Shown here piece by piece: positions 58,401 to 64,000 of a stretch of DNA of 64,000 nt. This stretch comes from Strigamia acuminata (lineage: Eukaryota), in assembly GCA_949358305.1 (NCBI GenBank), contig OX442314.1, positions 27,156,001 to 27,220,000 of the forward strand. Direction: 5' to 3'. A program made the translations under genes and the position numbers. The notes below the pieces were generated by a model, which had not been told where the DNA came from, searched no databases, and saw only the letters and a list, made by a program, of their open reading frames with translations. How positions within the stretch are numbered: the first letter of the stretch is position 1; each line of letters opens with the position of its first letter.

Positions 58401-59348
58401 GTCACTAAGTGTTTCACAAAAATGTATACATTGTTCAATTAAATATATATTAGTTATTTTTGTTGTGGGCAGTATTGTTTATTTGACGTTTCTGGTGCAG
58501 TTTTTTCTGCTCTTTCGTTTGGTGTTTAGTTTTTGACGGTGTGAATCCGACCAGAAGTCCAGACTGCATTTTTGCTGCAGAAAAGATCTTGTCGCTTTAA
58601 AACAACGAATGACTGCCAGATGTAAAGTCCTGTGGGTTTTGCGTGGTAATGGCAGATGTGATGGAATACTTGTACGTAATCTAATTCAGGTTTAAAATAA
58701 ATGCGTTGGCTTCGTTGTCCAGAGGGGCTTTCTTTTTTTAAGATGTTTTTGGGACCCGGACTATCAAGATATTTTTTTTCATATATTTAAGGCTGGGTCA
58801 ATGGTTTATGGTTGTGTCTTGCAGTATCCTCATACTCACATAGAGAGATGAGATAAAATCCCCAGGCAGAAATTTCTAGAGTCCTTGTACAGTGAAATTT
58901 ACAGATCTAAACTAAGCGGATGTTGTTAGATATCTGGCATTTCCTGATCTCTACACAATCTCGTCTGCTGAAGTTGAAAGTGGATTTGTGTTGGTTGCAA
59001 TGACAGGTCTGATCAACATAAATATTTAGTACATCTCTCTGTGGTCAATCCATGTACACCCAAAGACAAAAAAACTTTTGCTTTTTTAAGGCTTTTATTT
59101 AACTTGGAAGTAGAAACTAATATGTGATTGAGTTGGAAACAAGGAAATTAATGACGCTAATATCAATACTCTGCAAATGGCGCCCATACTTAATGAAAAG
59201 AAGGCATCGCCGACAGAACGTACTTTACTTCTCGTCAGCTCCCTGTTTCAGCCAGCCATAGCATTGACAGGAAGGGAAAGAGAAGCTTAGTGACAACACT
59301 TTCGGTTAATGCTGGCTTCTTACCCACAATTCCTCAGTACACAACCTA

Positions 59349-59614
59349 CTGTTCGCGCCCGGTATCTTGATGCGAAATTCAAACTGCGCATCACATTCTG
59401 CGCATGCATTTAACATGGCGATTGCACACAGAGAAAATATAAGAACAATATTTTGGTAATACGCTGTAAATTACTTTTAATGACGAGTTGTTTATTTACT
59501 TCATTTTAGCATAGGCCTAATATTACTGCTAAATAACAACTGGAATTAGAAAATCGTCTGCGCAGAATGGGATGCGCAGTACGAATTTAGCATCAAGATA
59601 CCGGGTGTTAACTG
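59349..59614. mobile_element. Tc1/mariner-type MITE with TA TSD
   Basis: ~55-bp imperfect TIR containing CCCGGTATCTTGATGC.AAATTC..ACTGCGCATC.CATTCTGCGCA; TA on both flanks. Confidence 0.82.
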
Positions 59615-62600
59615 TAGTGTTTTTAAAGGTGCATGGTAATACTTAACATAAATGTCAGAAACACCGAAAAGCAAATAAATAGAAGCTTTGAAAAAATCTC
59701 GTGTCGTGCAACCACTATAAGTTTTAAAAAGTTGTCAATAACGACAACTTTAGCAACCTGGTCTGCTGCGAACGATTTCCCTGAGTGGGTTTTAAGTCTC
59801 TTGAATTGAGTAAATGTTGTTACAAAGCCGACTGTAATGCTTTAATTCAATCTTGTTCTTATAAGTCTTGAGCCGACGGGAAATTGGCGGTTAACACTCC
59901 ACTTGAAATGCTTCACTTGAGTCGCCGTTGTGCTTCTTCGGTTTGGTTCCAGGATTAGATTTGCTCCAGTAGAGCACTCTTTATTTTTATTTTTATTTTT
60001 AAAAAAGACAATAAAAAAAACTTTAAAAAATCGGCATAAGGTGTCTCTGTCTGTTATGACGTGAGCGTAACTTGTCCCTAAAACAAAGCACGCCGTTCAT
60101 CCGATTTTATTTTACACAAAATGCGGGATTCGTATTCGCATTATTTATTTATTTAAACACGATAAACTAGTTTTATTCTGTTGCTATTCTTTGTAATTGA
60201 AATTAGCGTCAACTCGGAAGAATTCATCCAATTATTTAATTTTTACGAAATCTGCATGTCATTTAAAACTAGGCCTATAATAATTTATCTTGAATTTTTT
60301 TGCGCGAAGAAAAATTCAATTATCTGCAGTGTTTTGACCTCTGCTTTTGCACTAATTAGGCATTGGCAAAAGCAACCCAAGGGAAGGTGTTCAGCGATGC
60401 ATAGTTGCTTTTCCAAGTTGCAAACAAATTACGTCATTCATTCACTAATTCACTTTCGATTACGGCGCTACCTCAGCAGAGTTTATTCATTTCTTCTGAT
60501 GACACACACATTCTAATTAAACGGAGAAATTAAAAGCATTTCAAATTTCTCTTCTGTAATTTACAACCAAAAAAAAAAATTAAAAAAAAATTAATTATCA
60601 CATCATAATTGAGCTTTTAATTTGCTTTTTAATACAAAAACTAATAATTAAAAAAAGAAAAAACGAAAAGTTTAATTTGAATTTTCTCTATTACAACGAC
60701 TTTCGTCTGTCCAGGGTATGGAACGTCTTTTGGGACGTTTTTTGCTGGTGCCAGAATGCATTTGCAGTAAAAATTGGACAAACCAGAGAAAACTCAGTTA
60801 AAGGTAGCGGGCAAATTATATTTGAATGTGACATGATGACATAATCATGTTACAGTAGCATGACATGCATCAATCTGCTCCTGCAACATTCAAGATAATT
60901 AGATAGCTCGTAATTTTAACAACTTTAGCAAAATGAGATTGCAAGCAATTATCCTAGTTTGATTCATGGTACCAAGAGTGTAGTACATACACTTGCAGCC
61001 ACCTATTGACAAGTTGTACAACTGTCATAACTTATCTGAGAGCTGGTTACACACACCCAGAACAAATGGGCCCCCAAAGCCCAGGGGTTCTCGAGTTAGA
61101 AACAAAAAGCTGGAAGCGGATACTAGCGTACCGTTAACTTTCTTAACGCTAGCTTATAATGCTGCCAAATACACCGTTTGCGGCAGATACTTTTCCCTTA
61201 CAATTATGACATTTCTTACACTAAATTTAGCGTAAGGTAAAAGTGTTTAGAGTTTGGATTACGGTTGAAGTTTTATGTTACAGTTATAAAATTAGAGTTA
61301 ACCTTATGTCACGTCATTACCGAAACTAGTATTATTCCGTTAGCGTAAAAAGAGAGAATTCCTGTTTTTAACTGTTTCAATACGATGCTTCAACTTTATT
61401 ATCGTGAATTTAAATGAATTAAAAGCGAAATCAATTAGATAGACCGTAACATGTGCTCTGCGCGGAGAATTCAAAATGGCGACGAAAGATGTCAGTGACG
61501 TAAATAGTGGAAACTACCGGATTGGCTACCCTATTTTCAGTTATAGCGTAAGCTCTGGGAAAGTTATACCATATTGTAAGTTTTCCACTATACTTATAGG
61601 CTTAATGTGGGTTTTTATAAGGGAAATGTATCTGCGACAAACTGTAATGTTGTTCGCAATGAAGCATTGCGAACAGAAACTTCGTGCAATAATTAAATTT
61701 TGCTAGTCACTTTGCAGCACTGTAAACGAGCCTTTAGACTAGGCTGCAATTGAAATAATAAACGTTAGGCCCGGGCCGCATCTCTGCTCTCAAAGACCCT
61801 GCATTATTTTACCACCAGTATGCACCACTGCATATAGCTGGCGAGATGTAGCAAATACTTTTCTAGTGGAGTGTCACTGCAAATATTATGCGTCTTCTTG
61901 TTTGCACAATCACTCATCAAATTAATCATAAAATATTAAGAGCTTTTTTCACCTGCAAATCTCTCTCTTCCGATTTTATCAACACCTGCCAGATTTTTCA
62001 TCACCAAGATAAACCAAGTCGACTTCCTGTTTTGGCCGGAAGTGATGACAATGTAATCAGCATATCAAAGCCAACAACCAGCAGATTTCTGCTAATTTGT
62101 TCCTCCAATTATCGTGCGCGTACGAGAGATCATTGCTTTTTTCGTTTACCGACTGCTTCCTTCTCCGCTTTCCTTTATTCATTTTACATTCTTATTTAAT
62201 TGCTCCATTTGCCTTTTTCTGCACAAATCGCAACAAAAGCAACAATTCCTATTACATTTTCTGTAATTACGTTCATTAACCCGTTAATTTACGTGGAAAA
62301 TACACGGAGGGGCCCGACAGGGGCCCAGATATACGCAGACTGTGTGCCGTTTGCATTCATTCGCTTTTCTTGGTCGTTGCACGTCCAGTTTACAGCGGGA
62401 TCTCTAAACAGGGGTTTCAAGTGGAAGCTTTGTGTGTGTTTGTGGATCAGTTGCGTATCGATCGATTCTAAATATCCACCTTTATTTTGCATAATTTATT
62501 GTTTTCTGATATCTCCGTGTTGATGTGTTGGTTACACATTTAAACAGTTTTTTTCTTCTCTCTTTGCTGGCTTTTTATTTTATGAATAAAATATATTCCA

Positions 62601-63125
62601 CTATTTTTGCACGGTTTAGAAATGCGTGAATAAAATATCAACTGGAGTTCCACATCAATAATTGAGCCCGATATTATTGTTATTATAAATGCAGGGATAG
62701 GATTAGGGTTTTTTTTTTTTGCCATTAAAACGTGTAGAATTTGGTTTCATGTGTTCTGGTTTTAATAGTAGGTATTTCATTCCATCAGTTTTGTTACAAA
62801 ACCAATAAAAGTTGGCGAAGGATATACACAGGAGTATTGCAAAGTCTGTGGTTTAGTTGCTGGAGAAATCTTGAAACCACGAGTGACGTTAGCTGTATTG
62901 GGCGTTGAGACATCGAGAGATTGTAAAAATAAGTTCTGATTGCTCTGCTTGGGTTTCGTCAGTTTGCAGTAATCAATGAATAAAAGTAAAAATGGACGTT
63001 TTGTGATTGGAGCTTCAAATTAAAGTGGCCACCAAGACAAGCCATTAAATAAACTAATTATTCATGTTAGATTAGTGTTCTAAAGCGTGAAATATGGTAG
63101 AAAAGTGACATAATATGATGTTACA

Positions 63126-63282
63126 CAACAATAACGTGACATAACACGATACAATAACGTGAATACGCGATATAACACGACAATAACGTGATATAACAAG
63201 ACAATAACGTGATATAACACGACAATAACGTGATATAACACGACAATAACGTGATACAACACGACAAGAACGTGATAAACAC
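63126..63282. repeat. 21-bp minisatellite
   Basis: CACGACAATAACGTGATATAA-type units. Confidence 0.85.
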
Positions 63283-63399
63283 TTAACAATGCATTCAAAA
63301 AGTCTAAAACGCCTCGTTTTTGTCGTTTCGTGTTGATACATGTGACTTGTCATTCCCATGTTATAGAAACGAGTTGTTGTATACTTTTTGAATGCAGCT

Positions 63400-64000
63400 A
63401 GTACAACAATGGGTTAAAACAGTACAACAATGGGTTAAAACAGTACAACAATGGGATAAAACAGTACAACAATGGGATAAAACAGTACAACAATGGGTTA
63501 AAACAGTACAACAATGGGGTAAAACAGTACAACAATGGGGTAAAACAGTACAACAATGGGATAAAACAGTACAACAATTGGATTAAACAGTACAATAATG
63601 GGATAAAACAGTACAACAATGGATAAAACAGTACAACAATGGGATAAAACAGTACAACAATAGGATAAAACAGTTCAACAATGGGTTAAAACAGTACAAC
63701 AATGGGGTAAAACAGTACAACAATGGGTTAAAATAGTTCAACAATGGGATAAAACAGTACAACAATGAATAAAACAGTACAACAATGGGATAAAACAGTA
63801 CAACAATGGGATAAAACAGTTCAACAATGGGTTAAAACAGTACAACAATGGGGTAAAACAGTACAACAATGGGTTAAAATAGTTCAACAATGGGATAAAA
63901 CAGTACAACAATGGATAAAACAGTACAACAATGAGATAAAACAGTACCACAATGGGATAAAACAGTTCAACAATGGGTTAAAACAGTACAACAATGGGGT
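63400..64000. repeat. 21-bp tandem repeat running off the window end
   Basis: CAGTACAACAATGGG(A/T/G)TAAAA, roughly 28 copies, no spacers. Confidence 0.95.

Noticed and set aside
63072..64000. Regular repeat arrays or repetitive ORFs as a CRISPR array or gene
   Set aside because: Head-to-tail 21-bp units with no unique spacers, in a eukaryotic context.

Overview
Eukaryotic, AT-rich, transposon-dense genomic DNA, most likely from an arthropod; a myriapod or chelicerate is inferred from a Copia-borne MBD. The only clear host genes are on the minus strand: a complete CYP2-clan cytochrome P450 (8 coding exons, 15994-21921, 486 aa reconstructed) and the first coding exon of a tandem paralog (15296-15501). 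Left of them, a Gypsy element with a giant Gag runs off the window start and is inserted in another family's LTR. Next to it, a hAT-like non-autonomous element contains a Copia that encodes a methyl-CpG-binding (MBD)-like domain and is itself interrupted by a 9-bp-TSD MITE. Right of the P450, a Copia (22580-40047) is split by a very young full-length Gypsy (26160-38935). Besides gag and -1-frameshifted pol, that Gypsy carries an apparently self-contained, intron-containing, non-env third gene. The last 24 kb hold a solo LTR, many MITEs and minisatellites, with no recognisable host exon. All calls were made by eye; no database searches were run.
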